Assembly (NCBI GenBank): GCA_964016885.1
Contig: OZ024740.1
Coordinates: 258,106,001-258,170,000 of the forward strand
From: Eledone cirrhosa
Taxonomy: Eukaryota
Length of the DNA: 64,000 nt
Reading direction: 5' to 3'
The notes beneath the pieces were generated by a model. It had not been told where the DNA came from and ran no database searches. It was given only the letters and a program-made list of their open reading frames with translations. Shown here piece after piece: positions 39,122-55,411 of this stretch. How positions within the stretch are numbered: position 1 is the first letter of the stretch; each line of letters starts with the position of its first letter. Both the position numbers and the translations under genes were made by a program.

Positions 39122-39544
39122 CTTTCAGACCTGCAATGAAACAGGCCCCGTCTGCATTATAATGTCTAAGGCACGCCGCGTGTCATGACGACGCTGCTAT
39201 GAATACACCCGGAAATCAGAGTCACCATGAACAACTGGAACATTTATTGTTGAAACCGACGGATTGTCCGATCCGTACATAATCTGGTGTTGAGGAAAGG
39301 TCTGTAGGTCTCTGGTAACGGTGGGTTATCCTTGCTGTGTCGCCTTTGTTCATTGCTATAACACGTGCTTGGTAACAGGTGTCTAAATTGAAAGTAGAGG
39401 ATGTCAGCATTGTTATTTGAAAGTAAAGTAAACGGCAAGTGATACATGACCTCACCCTTGTCAGCTCTTGCTTGAATAAGATTCTGTTATGGTTATATCA
39501 AGCATAACTATGTGTTTTTATAGATTTACGTAAATTCTTCCTTT

Positions 39545-39795
39545 TCCCCACTTATTCCCGTGAGGATGCTGTGGGTAGAATCCTCAAACACTCCTTTCTG
39601 CGGGTATTGTCAGAAGCAACCGTTTCCAACTGATCGGGCCGAATCCCCAAGTGAGACCAGCTGAGCTCATGAATGTTATCCAACTATCTTGGTAGGTGTC
39701 TACCCCTGGGACTCCTGCCGATTTGTTTTGCCCGTAAAACCTGTCCAGCGATTCTCTGCTGAGATATTCTAACCACATATCCGTAATATAAGAGC
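39545..39795 (-). mobile_element. RTE-like LINE 3' fragment
   Basis: YGYVVRISQQRIAGQVLRAKQIGRSPRGRHLPR*LDNI. Confidence 0.65.
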
Positions 39796-39824
39796 GGGTG
39801 AGTACTCAATAACGTATATGTATG

Positions 39825-39891
<67 letters not shown>

Positions 39892-39892
<1 letters not shown>

Positions 39893-40360
39893 GTGATTGA
39901 GTGGTGACAGCGGAAATATTTGAATTTCGACTCCTACCATAAATTTCTGAACCAATAGCCAATCGGTTGACGGCATTGTGATGACGCGTAGGGATGTCAG
40001 TTGTTAATGTACTATTGTGTCGCCTGTCACATTCACTGCTATAGCCGACACAGACTGGAATCGAATTCCGTCAATCGATTCGTTATTGCTTAGACGAAAC
40101 CCGCTGATGAAGCCACATGGACCGATTGTGCATTGTTGCATAATAAATGCAGACAGTGGATGTTGTGCACTCTATTGTTGCATTAAGTGTGGCCGAAACT
40201 AGAGTACGGGTATAGATTTAAGGTACCCATTTACATGTGTTGTACTGAAGCAAATAACCTTGTGTCTACACTGGGATTTTTACATAACATTACCTATTGA
40301 ATACACTGAGATGCAACTGGTACTAGTAATGAAACTTATGCTAGTGCCGTCAACTTCTTC
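39892..40360 (+). mobile_element. Truncated, diverged copy of the 820-bp HHR family, between TA tracts
   Basis: Collinear similarity to ~9100-9459. Confidence 0.75.
40099..40211 (+). ncRNA. Type I hammerhead ribozyme with canonical core
   Basis: ACCCG-CTGATGA-A-GCCACAT...GTGTGGC-C-GAA-ACTAGAGT-A-CGGGT. Confidence 0.8.
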
Positions 40361-40361
40361 T

Positions 40362-40411
<50 letters not shown>

Positions 40412-41779
40412 CAACTCTACAAAGTTTACACACCCAAACATACATACATATACTCTCAATGAATTTTCTTAGTGATGTTACTACAGTAAGAAGTTCAATT
40501 TCCAGCCCCAGCGTCCTGTGTTCTAATCTTATATTTGAACCTGTAAATAGTTATTTCTTCAAAGTTACCCATATATTTAATCATTTTTGCCATTTGTACA
40601 TATATATTGAACATTTATGTAATTATAGCCCGTAAATAAATGACTTAAATATAGTTCTTGTCTTTAATCATTTTTATGTCGGTGTAATCAACATATAATA
40701 TAAGGTTTCTCTTATACAAGCATTCATTTGACAAGAAGCATATTTCATAGTTTGTTTGATTGTTTATATATCCGGAAATTCTGGTATATATGACATAGCA
40801 ATGTTGGGCACCTTAAATAAAATACAACGCGGGAGCTGCTATATATCAACAACCACACCACCCTAACAAAATACCTGCTATCATTTGGAAAACAAAGGGT
40901 CAAATTAAACAATTTATTTCTACATTCTGCACTTTACATTCTACAAGGTGTGTATAGCCAGAACACATTCGAATTTACGTTCTGAGTTCAAATTCTGCTT
41001 GATCAGGCCTAATCTGCCTTAAAAACACCAGCAGCTAAAACTAAAACTATATTATTTTTTTAATACAACTTAGGGTTATTGATAAGTATAACAACCCCAG
41101 AATATTAGACTTACTTATTTTATAGAAGTGATGAAAACCACGTTGGACGCCGTAGAATGTGTAATAGAGACAATTAGCTAAATACTAGAATGTACTGTTT
41201 ACCAATATAATGTGTCTTTAAGTAGATCATGTAATATAATTTTCGAATTATAACTAATATCTAATATCATGCTCTAATTGAAAATGATTAATTTTATTCA
41301 TATTTCATATTGTGAAAAACAACAAAAACTTTTATAGTACAAGCCTTGTGAGTACAAATCAGGCAGACGGAATCTCTCTGGACTCTCATCGAATGTACTG
41401 CATTTTGTTGCGGTAAATCGCTTAAAGTATTACACTACTGGAAATATAGAAGTACGAGCCGTACCGATGTCTGAACTAGATGGTAAATTTAACATTGAAC
41501 GCTGGACTTAATTTGTCTCCTGGTTGAATATTGTCACCTGGTTTTTGTGTATTTTTAACGGGATCAACTTTGATGCAAACATTCCGGTCGGGGTTTAGAT
41601 TGGAAATGCTTTCCACATTCCTCCCTACCAATTACAGACACCCCGACAACTCATTGGCATTGCACGTTTCTTCTTAACTAAACAGTAAAGAAAAAATAGA
41701 GTACCCTTCGTCAAAATCTACGGAGATTCATTAATTTATAGACAATAACATCTTCCTGTAAGGGATGCAGATACTCGTT

Positions 41780-42000
41780 GGGGTGCCACTGCTGACATTC
41801 TTGTCCTTTACGGTCTCAACAAATCTCTGTCGCCTTTCATACACAGAAGGGTCATAATGTGGACAACAGCACATTTTTTTAATTTCTTCAGACGAGGAAT
41901 TTCTTTACCACTTCTTCCCGTTTCTTCATCTGTGCCATACAGAATGGTTTTGAAGAGGGAGGCGGGGCGGGTAATATGTCCGCCTGATGGTAGATTTCGT
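41780..42000 (-). mobile_element. Old RTE-like 3' fragment
   Basis: GHITRPASLFKTILYGTDEETGRSGK resembles RTE GH..R...L.K.IL.G...G.R.RGR. Confidence 0.55.
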
Positions 42001-43449
42001 CTTTTCTCGGTTACAGGAAGTGTTTTTTGATTTTTGTTCATGTCTACCAACATATTCAGTGTCTTTCTGCCTCATAAATTAGTTTGTCTTGTGCTCTGTT
42101 TATGAGATGTGTAGCACATCTACGAGGGGAAGACGTTGAAAGTTTGCAGATTAATAAAATATTAGAACATTGTTTCCTTCAAATAATATATCAGTCTTAA
42201 GACTGAGACTACATAATTTTTCGCCTCTTATAACACATAAACACACTCAGCCACACACACATACACACAGACACATACACGCACACAATCACTCACACTC
42301 ATACATACATATATGCATATATACATACACAAACACATACACCCATATATTCACAGGCACACATACATACACATACATGCACAGACAGGTACACTCGAAC
42401 ATATATGCAACCACAACCAAACACACACACACACACACACATACTCAGTCATACACAGGCACATATACAGCTACACACTCATACACTCACATACAGCCAC
42501 AGTGACAATCACGCACATACATAGATATATAAAATAGCGTAAGTCGTCTCACCCTAGATGGTTTCTATGAATGAATATATTGTGTATCATTTGGTGCATT
42601 TTATCAGTTGGTAAGTCTTATCACACAAACGTATCTTATCAATTAGCCAGTATTTCCAATTAATAATGTCTTATCAATTACAACTTCCTATTGATTATAT
42701 ATTGCGTCACTGGAGTAAAGGAATTCTTTAGCTCCAATGTCAAGCAATAGTGTTACGTGGGTATTTCTTTGGTGCATTTCAAAAAACCATGGTACTTAAT
42801 AAGTGGTGAGTTGACTGTGTCGTTGGAACGTTGGATGCAATGTTTCACGGTGTTAATTCCATCTCTATGCGCTGAGTTCAATTCCCGCCTGTGTCAAATG
42901 TACTTTTACTCGTTTTGAGGTCGATAAATAAAGTACCATTCCAGTAGAGTATCAATTCCTCTTTATCTCTCTCCCACTTTCCCCTTCTATTACTATCTCT
43001 GGAATAAATAGAGTGTGTAGTAAGTGGGATGGGTTCCTCTATTACCCAATCAGGATTTGAGGGCCTATGGAGGGCACGGGATTGGTTATATTTGAATACG
43101 ACCGTAAGTACTCAAATCTTAACTTAGATATATCCACAAAAATAGGACAATTCAATGCCTCAACTCGTGTATGATACAGTAAAAAAACAAAACAAAGCCA
43201 ACTATAAACTAAACACATAGGAAATAAAGCCATTGAATGTCTTAATTCGTAAACAATACACCCAGAAGAGCAAACCTATCTATAAACTAAACATCTATAC
43301 TAGATCGAAGATATCATCCATATTTCCTGACTCATATTTCATAAGCCAACAACTAACCTGCATTAATCATCAGTATGGGGAAGGCAGATGTTATCAAGCT
43401 GCAGGTATCATATTAAGTAGTTTCTATATGATAATAAACAATATCTGCA

Positions 43450-43612
43450 GCCTTTGCGTTCTGAGTTCAAATCCCGCCGAGGTTAACTTTACCTTTCATC
43501 CTTACGAGCTCGATAAAATAAAGTACTAGTAACGCACTGGGGTCAGTTTAGTCTAATTTCCCTTTCCCCGTCCCTTCAAATTGCTAGACTTATCCCCGAA
43601 ATAGAAAGAATT
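43450..43612 (+). mobile_element. Related SINE (5'-truncated)
   Basis: TTCTGAGTTCAAATCCCGCCGAGGTTAACTTTACCTTTCATCCTTACGAGCTCGATAAAATAAAGTAC. Confidence 0.8.
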
Positions 43613-43942
43613 ATATTCCAGTTGAGTAGACAGGAGTACCGTGAAATATAATGCTTTGAGCAGGGATGCAATATCCTGTAAGAATCGAAATCAAAACCTT
43701 GTGATCGTGAAAAGAACACCATAACCACTAAACCATATGCCTTCACATTACACACATACATACAGATATGTATGTACAGAGAGAGACAGATAGGCAAAGA
43801 CGCATAAACACACACATATATGTACGTAAAGAGAGTGGAGAGAGAGACGCATAATACACATATGACGTACAGAGAGAGGAAGAGAGATGCATAAACGCAT
43901 ACATACATACATGCATACATACATGCTCATATGTACGTACAT

Positions 43943-43973
<31 letters not shown>

Positions 43974-44002
43974 AAGAGATGCACAAAAAATATTCATTCA
44001 TT

Positions 44003-44040
<38 letters not shown>

Positions 44041-44693
44041 CATACATACATACTCATATGTACGTAAAGAGGGGAAAAAACGCTCATGTACACACTCATA
44101 CATATATGCTAAGCCATCGGGTCATATACGTGTCAAGCTGCCGTAAGTGAAAAGTTTATCTAATGTAGTTTGAGACAGAATTAGCTAATGAGAAAGGAAT
44201 CGTTAAGTAATACGAATGCATTGTTAAGATCAAAGACAAGTCACAACTCCATACTTTACTCTTTACCTAGTCTTATCCTTTTACGCCTACTTCTTCTCTT
44301 CGTCTCCTTCTACTGCTCCACCTCCTACTACTCTACTTCTCCTATCAACTTCAGGTGTTAACTGATATTATAGCCACTGAACAGATCCGTTTGGATTTTC
44401 ACACCTTGCGCTCCTTTAATGCTCTTCTATATGAACCCCCAACATCCCCACACCACAACGCCTTCCCCTCTCTTTATCTTCCTCCTTTTCTCTCACTTAC
44501 ACTCTCCTTCTCTGTGTTTCTGTCACACACTCCCTAATTCTCTTTATCCTCATTTTCAAATCTCTCTCATAAGCGTCTGTCACGGAAACTAGACAGACGT
44601 ACAAGATGATGGATTCTGAGAAGGTGAGAAGATTTAGCAATGGTCGAATTGAAAAGTACGAGTTGACGTTGATTCAAAGTCGTCGTCGTCGTA

Positions 44694-44757
44694 TTCTTCT
44701 TCTTCTTCTTCTTCTTCTTCTTCTTCTTCTTCTTCTTCTTCTTCTTCTTCTTCTTCC
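44694..44757. repeat. (TTC)n microsatellite
   Basis: Read directly. Confidence 0.98.
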
Positions 44758-44857
44758 GTAACCAGTGTGATATACATATACGTGTATATGTGTACATGTA
44801 TATGTGCGTATGTATATGTGTGCGTGTCATGTGTCTAAGTTCTTATGGGATTATATG

Positions 44858-44899
<42 letters not shown>

Positions 44900-44969
44900 C
44901 GGAACAAGCAAACGTTAAACAATCTTTTAAATAAATTAAAATACGATTTAAATATTTACCTCTTCTAGT

Positions 44970-45049
44970 GCCATGACCGACGGTTTCGCTAATCAAAAGA
45001 TTGGAAATTCAGAGAATTTCTAATGGAAAGATATAGCTCTTCAGATAGC
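44970..45049 (-). ncRNA. Type I hammerhead ribozyme (best-preserved copy)
   Basis: GCTAT-CTGAAGA-GCTA...TAGC-GAA-ACCGTCGGT-C-ATGGC; helix II is capped by a GAAATTC/GAATTTC hairpin. Confidence 0.85.
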
Positions 45050-45240
45050 TTTTCGAAACCTACTAGACATAAATCCACGTAGATGTAGATGTGCCGCTTT
45101 CTACACGGTGAATGAATCAAGCCGTTAAAATGACCACCACACAAATGGGCCGTTAGAAAAGCGGGAATAATAGACTCGTTGATATTTCATGTTACTAGCA
45201 TCCACATCTACGTGGATTTATATATAGTAGGTTTGGAAAA

Positions 45241-45320
45241 GCTATCTGAAGAGCTATATCTTTCCATTGGAAATTCCCTGAATTTCCAATCTTCTGATTA
45301 GCGAAACCGTCAGTCATGGC
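45241..45320 (+). ncRNA. Type I hammerhead ribozyme
   Basis: GCTAT-CTGAAGA-GCTA..ATTGGAAATTC-CCT-GAATTTCCAAT..TAGC-GAAACCGTCAGTC-ATGGC. Confidence 0.82.
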
Positions 45321-45701
45321 ACTAGAAGAGGTAAATATTTAAATCGTATTTTAATTTATTTAAAAGATTCTTTAATGTTTACTTGTTACGCACATATTTA
45401 CAGTTCTGGTATCTCAAATTAGTACCATAGACCACCCACTATTATAGACACCATATATATTTCCGTAGGTACTCAGTACCTACTGGAATATCTATATCAT
45501 TTATCTGAATTCTCCTTAATGTTGAGAAAAAAATGTATCATGCTGCTATTTCTAGTAACATGAAATATCTACTAGTCTATTATTTCCGCCCTTTCTAACG
45601 GCCCATTTGTGTGGTGGTCATTTTAACGGCTTGATTCATTCACCGGGCAGAAAGCGACACATCCACATCTACGTGGATTTATATCTAGTAGATTTGGAAA
45701 A

Positions 45702-45781
45702 GCTATCTGAAGAGATATATCTTTCCATTGGAAATTCTCTGAATTTCCAATCTTTTGATTAGCGAAATCGTCGGTCGTGGC
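45702..45781 (+). ncRNA. Type I hammerhead ribozyme (second tandem copy, with some substitutions)
   Basis: GCTAT-CTGAAGA-GATA...TAGC-GAAATCGTCGGTC-GTGGC. Confidence 0.75.
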
Positions 45782-45946
45782 ACTAGAAGAGGTAAATATT
45801 TAAATCGTATTTTAATTTATTTAAAAGACTGTTTAATGTTTGCTTGTTCCGCTCATATTTACAGTTCTGGTATCTCAAATTAGTACCATAGAACAACCAC
45901 TATTATAGACACTATATATATTTCCGTGGGTACTTAGTGCCTACTG

Positions 45947-46053
<107 letters not shown>

Positions 46054-46061
46054 CATATACA

Positions 46062-46201
46062 CTAGCTGAGGTATCCGGCATTGCCCGGGAGAAAAGTTAA
46101 GAGGAGACGGATAAAAGAGAAAACGACTGGATATGTTGTCTGGTTTGCATTATAAGGTGAGACCGTAATGTGTGTGTGTCTCTGTGTGTGTGTGCGCGCG
46201 T

Positions 46202-46258
<57 letters not shown>

Positions 46259-47150
46259 TGTGAGTGAGTAAGAGAGAGAGAGAGAGAATAAAAAACAATC
46301 ATAAAACTTCCTTATTAGGCCGGAGGCAGTAAACAGCCGATTAAATTGTAGCATTGGCCCTTAATTTCAAATATTGTGAAATAGCCATAGTCAGTATGAC
46401 CTTTTTCAGCTCCAAAGGACGTCATCTGAAACACAGCAATATATCGCATAACATTGCTTCTGAGGTGTTTAGCTTCGTTAGTACGGTCTGTAAGCAGTAT
46501 ATGGATAAAAGCTGGAGGGTCCGCTATCAGTGGAAGTCTGACCTTTTCTCCTAAGCAACACAGTAATATCCATGCTACCAAACTTGACTTTAGGATCATT
46601 TCTATAATTATTCGATGGATCATATGAAAACCCAGCTCTTAGCGACTTTATTCTGCCTTGAAGGTCCTTTGTGCTCATTGAGTTTGCATCGCAAGTCTCA
46701 TTGCCTCTTGGTGATTTTCCTAATGAACCTCTCTTTATTGCGATAGTCTTTCTTCTTGCCCTAATCTTTCTGTTTCCTGTCTCATGTTCTGTACACTTTT
46801 AGAAAGTTGCGATCGTCTTTCTTGTTGTCTTAACCTTTCCATTTCCCGTGTCATATTCTGCTGAATGTCACAATCTTGACTTGTCCCTTTTTTCCCAAAT
46901 CTTTTTTTGTATTGTTCGTGAGTTTCTCATTCGCTTGAATATTTCAACCGTTTGGCGGACATTGTAACTTCCCTGATGGTTGAGCGGTGTTTTGGTGACA
47001 TGATGAAATTAATTTTATTGGAAAATATCGTGAAAAGAACAATACAACATAGAGAAATAAATGCAAAAAGGAGTCTTAGAGAGTTAGGTTGACACTCTGT
47101 CATTGATTTAGGTAAAAAATAATATGACACTATCCTCAAAAAGCTAGATT
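46062..47150 (-). mobile_element. Internally deleted Helitron (N-terminal RepHel relic joined to the 3' terminus); 5' end not defined
   Basis: CCLGEKVRLPLIADPP..LL...KHLRSNVMRYIAVFQMTSFGA...FEIKGQCYNLIGCLLP is a typical Helitron N-terminal motif. The minus-strand 3' end has hairpin CCGG-GCAATG-CCGG, then CTAG|T at 46062. Confidence 0.85.
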
Positions 47151-47289
47151 AATATATACCGTATATTAATTTCAAACAGGGTCAATTTTTTCTGTGTTCT
47201 GTGAAATAAAGACTTAAACGACGTTATAAAAGCTAACGCAATATTGTTCAACCTTCAACTGGTAATTTGATTCTGGAATTTTGCAGGGC

Positions 47290-49660
<2,371 letters not shown>

Positions 49661-50371
49661 TGTTTGTAAGTATACATACGCATGCGTGTCTGTTTGTGCG
49701 TGTGTAGGGACGTGAGTATGTGTGAGTGCGTGTGAGTGTGTGTATTAGTGTGGGTCGAATTAGGGCTATTTCTTCATTGTACTTCGTCGTATAATTTGTT
49801 GTTTCCATTAACATTTTGCATTTATATATATATATATATATATACATATGTATGTCGGGTCACTCTTGAGTTCTTGAGTGCTACTGGTAACATGTAATCC
49901 AGTACAACCTGTCGCATAGTGGGGTCGTCGGTGACTAAACTGGCAACCCCACCCAGCACATAAAACCAAGCCTGACAGAGGGCGGAAGAACTCATAAGAG
50001 TCGACGGCCATCCAAAAATGTGTAAATATATATATACATATGTACATATGTATGTATGTCTATCTATATATATATAAAATAAAGTATGTCCATAGAATCA
50101 TTTGATAAAATATATACATAATCTCCTCTCCCAATCAGCATAATCAACGACACAAAAAAACAATTAAACAAGGCTATAAGATTAAAAGGAACCTACTAAG
50201 AAATAATAGATAAATAAACGACAGCTATCTATCCGCGATCAACAGCTATAGAATATTAACCCAGCATTTCTAATAGCACGTGGAAATTGATTAAATATAT
50301 CGTCAAGCATACACAATTAGGTATAAAATCAAAGTTAGAAGAAAAATGTATATAAACATACCAAAATTATC

Positions 50372-50451
50372 TTTCTACTCCAGAGGTTTCATTCGCTTTT
50401 TGGAAATATCCGATCAAGGATAAATTCACGCGTTTCGAAATCATCAGGAAA
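50372..50451 (-). ncRNA. Hammerhead-like motif in a solo pLTR-like insert (~50075-50485)
   Basis: TTTC-CTGATGA-T-TTCG...CGAA-T-GAAACCTCTGGAGTA-GAAA. Confidence 0.55.
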
Positions 50452-50481
50452 CAAACTCACTTGGACGAAGATTTTTCTTAA

Positions 50482-50516
<35 letters not shown>

Positions 50517-50518
<2 letters not shown>

Positions 50519-52535
50519 TTATTAAAATAACAGATTAAAGTTTAAGCAAAGAATCGCTGCTTTCACCCTAAACGGGATCTTCTGAAACTAAAAAAATTAA
50601 TCTGTGAACGGGGCAAAAACTTTGCAAACGAAGGAAGACAGGAAGACGATACTTTGGTTCGTGGAAACGTTCCCTGGCTAATAACGGGAAAAAAACGAAG
50701 ATAATACGTCATTATTTGGATCGGTGAAAACAATTACACGCAAAGACAAAACCACGTACATGGTATAACTGAAGTCGTAGACTAAAATTCAATTTAGGAA
50801 ACCGAATGATCCTCTGCTTCAGAGTTAAGAATAAAGTAATTAATTACAGAGGTAGGTAATTGAAATTAAATATATACATGCACGCATCCATATACGTACA
50901 TACACCAGCATACGCGAAAACACTCGCCATGGGTAAGCAAATACAAGCACTTACACAAAAAAACACGCACGCACATACAGAACCCACGCAACGCATGTAC
51001 CCGCACACATACGAACGTATACACCATATACACATAAAAATATATATTTAAAAAAATATATATATGTGTGGGGGAGGGGGGGCGTGTATACATATAATTA
51101 TATAAACGTATATAAATATACACACATAAATACGTATATAACGTACATGTAAATACATATATGTTCGCAGACGCACGTCACCCAAAACACAAAGTACACA
51201 TATACACACACCCTACATACGTACGAACCCGCATACTCACACACAGACGCAAAACTCACGTATACACATAACCATATGCACATGTACCAGTATATATAAT
51301 ATATACGCCATATCATATACAAGCAAATATACGTACGAGAAAGTATACGTACTTTCACAAAACATACAGGTAATATATACTTACCTATATAAATATGTAA
51401 TGGTATAAACATAACAAGTACTTAGCTACCACATCAAGACGTAAAATATCCGCGTATAGTTCGTACTATTCGTTAGCGTATAATGTGGGGCTGTAACACA
51501 GGAACGTTTTGTGCAATTTATGTTTACAAGCCGAAATTGCCTCAGATTTTTTGTTTAAGATGTGGTCTTTGCCGTAGAGTATTTCCAGGGCCTCAGCGGC
51601 GCAGAGGTCACATACTCTTTTATTTCCGTTATACGATCTAGCTTTAGCTAGGATCTCCCAGTGTAACTTATATTGGGTGTGGTTGTATTTTAGACTCCAG
51701 ATATAAGCTGAAAGTGTCGTCATATTCCTTCTTAAAGGATTCAGAAAAGAATGGGTATGCATGTAAAAACGCTGCTTGAATCTATTGGCGGTTAACACTA
51801 TATTAACCTACGGGACGTGGGTATTTCAACCTTACATTACTAGAGAGGAATTTCCCGGATAGGGGGCAGTCAATCCAATTCCTACGATTACAGTTAGTAC
51901 TAGTTACAGGGTTGCACGTGTTCCTACGGCTAGGTAATTTAGCTAAATTTGAAGCTGTGATGTTATGTGCAATGTTAGGTGTCATAGAGTGAGAAATTTT
52001 AATGGTATTTCTATTAAAAATGTTACTATATTTATGTGCTGGTGGGAAATGCTTCATAATAATGGAGAGAAAGATCTTAGCTAATGGTGTGGCCACCTCC
52101 ATATTATATGGTGGGTTATACCATATAATGCATCGGGATCTATATTTCCTAGGTCTATTCTCGTACTTTGTATAAGCTACCTTATCGACAAATCCACTCC
52201 GAGCAAGAGCTTCATTGTAATAAGTGGAATGGTCGTTGAAAATATGCTCGTTTGTAGATAGACGGGAAAGCCTCAAAGAAACTTTTCTTACCAGGTTCTT
52301 GGTTATGCTGGCAGGATGGTTAGAATGCTTACTTATGTAATTAAGCGTATCATTCGGCTTTCTATACGGGTACTGCAAGCCATTCGACAAATTGAGGGTA
52401 ACGTCGAGGTAATTAACGACCGAGATGTTGGTTTCAACCTGTATGGAGAGGTTGAAGCATTTAAAGAAGGATGTGAGTTCTTTTCTGAACCTGTCGCAAG
52501 CACGTGGGCCGCACTTTGTCATGATGGTCAAAAGA
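50517..52535 (-). mobile_element. Second, more truncated copy of the Naiad-type PLE, with a longer 3' region
   Basis: ORFs 51803-52543 and 51466-51798 are highly similar to 47592-48670. Shares the terminal sequence at 50517-50670. Confidence 0.93.
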
Positions 52536-52642
52536 CAAACCACCGCACACCTTGGGCAATACTCCCTTTTGATATATATTTATCCTTATCGAGCCTTCTT
52601 TGGATTTTAGTCTTCAGATTTATTATTATTACTATATATATA

Positions 52643-52829
52643 AGGGTGGTGGATTGGCAGTATCGTTAAGCGTCGGATGCTTTGACGCATAGAGTTACGA
52701 CCCTTGCCATTCTGAGTTCAAATCCCGGCGAGGTTAACTTTGCCTTTCATCCTTATGGGGTCGATAAAATAAAGTACCAGTAATACACTGGCTTATTGCT
52801 AGCCTTGTTCCAAAAGTAGAAACAATTAT
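52643..52829 (+). mobile_element. tRNA-derived SINE with TSD
   Basis: Full consensus match, flanked by ATTATTACTATATATATA on both sides. Confidence 0.9.
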
Positions 52830-52919
52830 TACTATATATATATATGTATATATGTATATGCATGTGTGCATATGTGCGTATATGTATATGCATGTGTGCA
52901 TATGGGCGTATATGCGCTG

Positions 52920-53160
52920 GGTCATAGAAATAATTCGGCTGGATACCCGATCGCGTGGTTAAACCACTGAGAGTGAAGGACCTCTAGCCTTTGTTAGGGC
53001 ACACTGCTAGGAGAAGGCAACCCAGGAAACTGGGATAACTCCGATATAAAACCAGCGGCTCGGTAGTTATCGATGATGTTTATCTATCCTTCTTTTCGGT
53101 TTCTAGCTACTGTCGCTCAGAGAATGGGATTGGCTCAGTGCACAGTCTTTCCTCACAGGC
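52920..53160 (+). mobile_element. Probable RTE 5'-UTR fragment
   Basis: GGGCACACTGCTAGGAGAAGGCAAC...ACTCCGATATAAAACC resembles the conserved 5'-UTR motif of RTE LINEs (recalled, not searched). Confidence 0.4.
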
Positions 53161-53785
53161 ATTGTACGATAGATTTAATTAATAATTATTAATAATGTTA
53201 TATTGTGCAATGGCCATACTCCTATAACGAGGGGACAGCCATCATTTATACATATATATATAAATATATATATATACATTGGCACGAATTCCTATGTTTG
53301 AATGTAACTACGAGAATCGCGTGTTATGATTTGTGAGAGTTTCCTGCCTCTTTTTCATTAGAGGCTAAGTGACTGTATATCATGAACTGCTGTATACCTT
53401 ATCTAGCAGTAAAAGCTTAATCAAACTGCAAGGAAATATCGCATAATATTATTGGGCATTCCTAGTGGTGACGTGTAATAGCCCTATTGTGCAATCATCT
53501 GCTGATTTTACGTGATTGCTGAACATTGCAGTAGTAAAATCTGCATTTGTAAGGAAATATTACGCAGAAACGATCTTTCAGGAATTTTAACATTCATCTC
53601 TAATTAAAATTACAGCCAACGGTCTACAGTGAAACTAAATGTATGCGCAATAAACTGGTGATTGCAGCTGCATAACTGCAATTCACCAGATTTGTTGAGT
53701 GTGTTAGACGCTGGCCGAAGGACGCTGTATTTATACCTGCGATCTTCGTTAATATTGTTATACGCGCGCGCGCACACACACACAT

Positions 53786-53866
<81 letters not shown>

Positions 53867-54089
53867 CACACACTCACTGATTCACACATACTGGCAGGGA
53901 TAAACAAATTTGCATAGAATCACAGACACACGCACTGAAATATATTTAGTGATGTTCACGCATACACACACAATCACACACTCATAAAAATATTCAGACC
54001 AGCGTTCATATATATTCACCCATATATTCACTGAAATATATTCACTCATACACAGTTCAAGCTTGATCCATTAATTTGAAAATAAAATC

Positions 54090-55411
54090 CATTCTTCTTG
54101 TTTTCCTTTGAACGAAAAGGTTAATAATTTACTACTTGATCCCCTGGATAACTGTTGAGGAATGTTTTTCCATCGAATGCACTGCAAGTGCCTTTAGTAT
54201 TTCAAAATTCATAGTGCTGCTTAGAAAAGTTTTTAATCTTTTCAGTTTCGAAAAAAAGCGTTCTGGCTCTGATGTTGTCATGGGAATTGTCAGAGGATTT
54301 TTATGAGTTTCTTAATTTCACTAAGAGCACCATCTAGATTATTTTCCAAGATAAATTTCAGCAGCTTAAATAATTTGCAATATTCATGCATATCAGATCT
54401 ACAATAGAATAGTTTTAGTTCAGTTTCAAGCTTTTATTTGTCAATCATCGGATATGCTTCAGTGGTCAGTAGTATCTCTTCTGTAGGCAGTTCTTCTTAA
54501 AACTAGTGAAGCTTTTCTTGTTGAACAATTTAGCAGCTACTATGTATTTAGTGGAGGAATATCTGTCTATTATCACATACATGCAGTCACTCACTTCCTT
54601 TGCTTCTACCATGAGTATCTTTGGAGGGTTCTCACAGTTCTTCGAGTTTCTTTTCTAAAATAGCAGTTTTGAAATCTGTCACATATTTGTTGACTTTAAA
54701 CACACTAATTTCTCGGGATCGCATTTGGTTGTAAATTACTTCAACATGAGGCATAATCTGATGAAAAAGCTTAGAACCGCAGAGCCAGCTTTTGCTTTGG
54801 TACTGTTCAAAATTAAATCTATAAATATACCTTTTGGTGTTTATTCCTGGTTCAGATATTTGAATAACAGGTATTGAACGTCCTCTTTTCTTAACTGTAA
54901 CCTTCTCATGGAGAGACAACTGTGAAAACATAAGCTGTTCCAGGTCATTTACTGCACAGAACTTATTTCTAGGGGATGCAATAAAATAACCGAAAAAAAA
55001 AACTATGAATTAAATAGAATAGCAGGAAGGATGATAACCATCTACAGTTTATCACATTCAAGAATATGGTACACGGTTGTTAAGTACAACGCACGCTGAG
55101 TCAATAATAAACACTACCTTACACTCAGACAACAGGGTCGACACTGGGTGAGCGACATTGCTCTCCCAAACCAGCGTAATGCTTCTTTCCTCGGACCTGA
55201 GCGCATGTGCATAACAGCCAAATATCGCAGGATCTGTGAAAGACAGCTCCATACATGTATTTTTGTAATTTTTCATGAACGAGGGGATGGCTACTGATAT
55301 TAAGCTCAAGGAGATAATAAAAAAGAACCATTATATTGAATGTTATCTATAGTATCGAATGAAAATAGGGGGTGCTGCAGTTCCGCAATGCCTATACATG
55401 AGCGAGCTCTG
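54090..55411 (-). mobile_element. Internally deleted hAT DNA transposon relic
   Basis: C-terminal dimerisation motif IPMTTSEPERFFSKLKRLKTFLSSTMN..LKALAVHSMEK. The N-terminal FSQLSLHEK...YRFN..QY..KSWLCGS is fused directly to LFHQIMPHVEVIYNQM. Confidence 0.8.
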
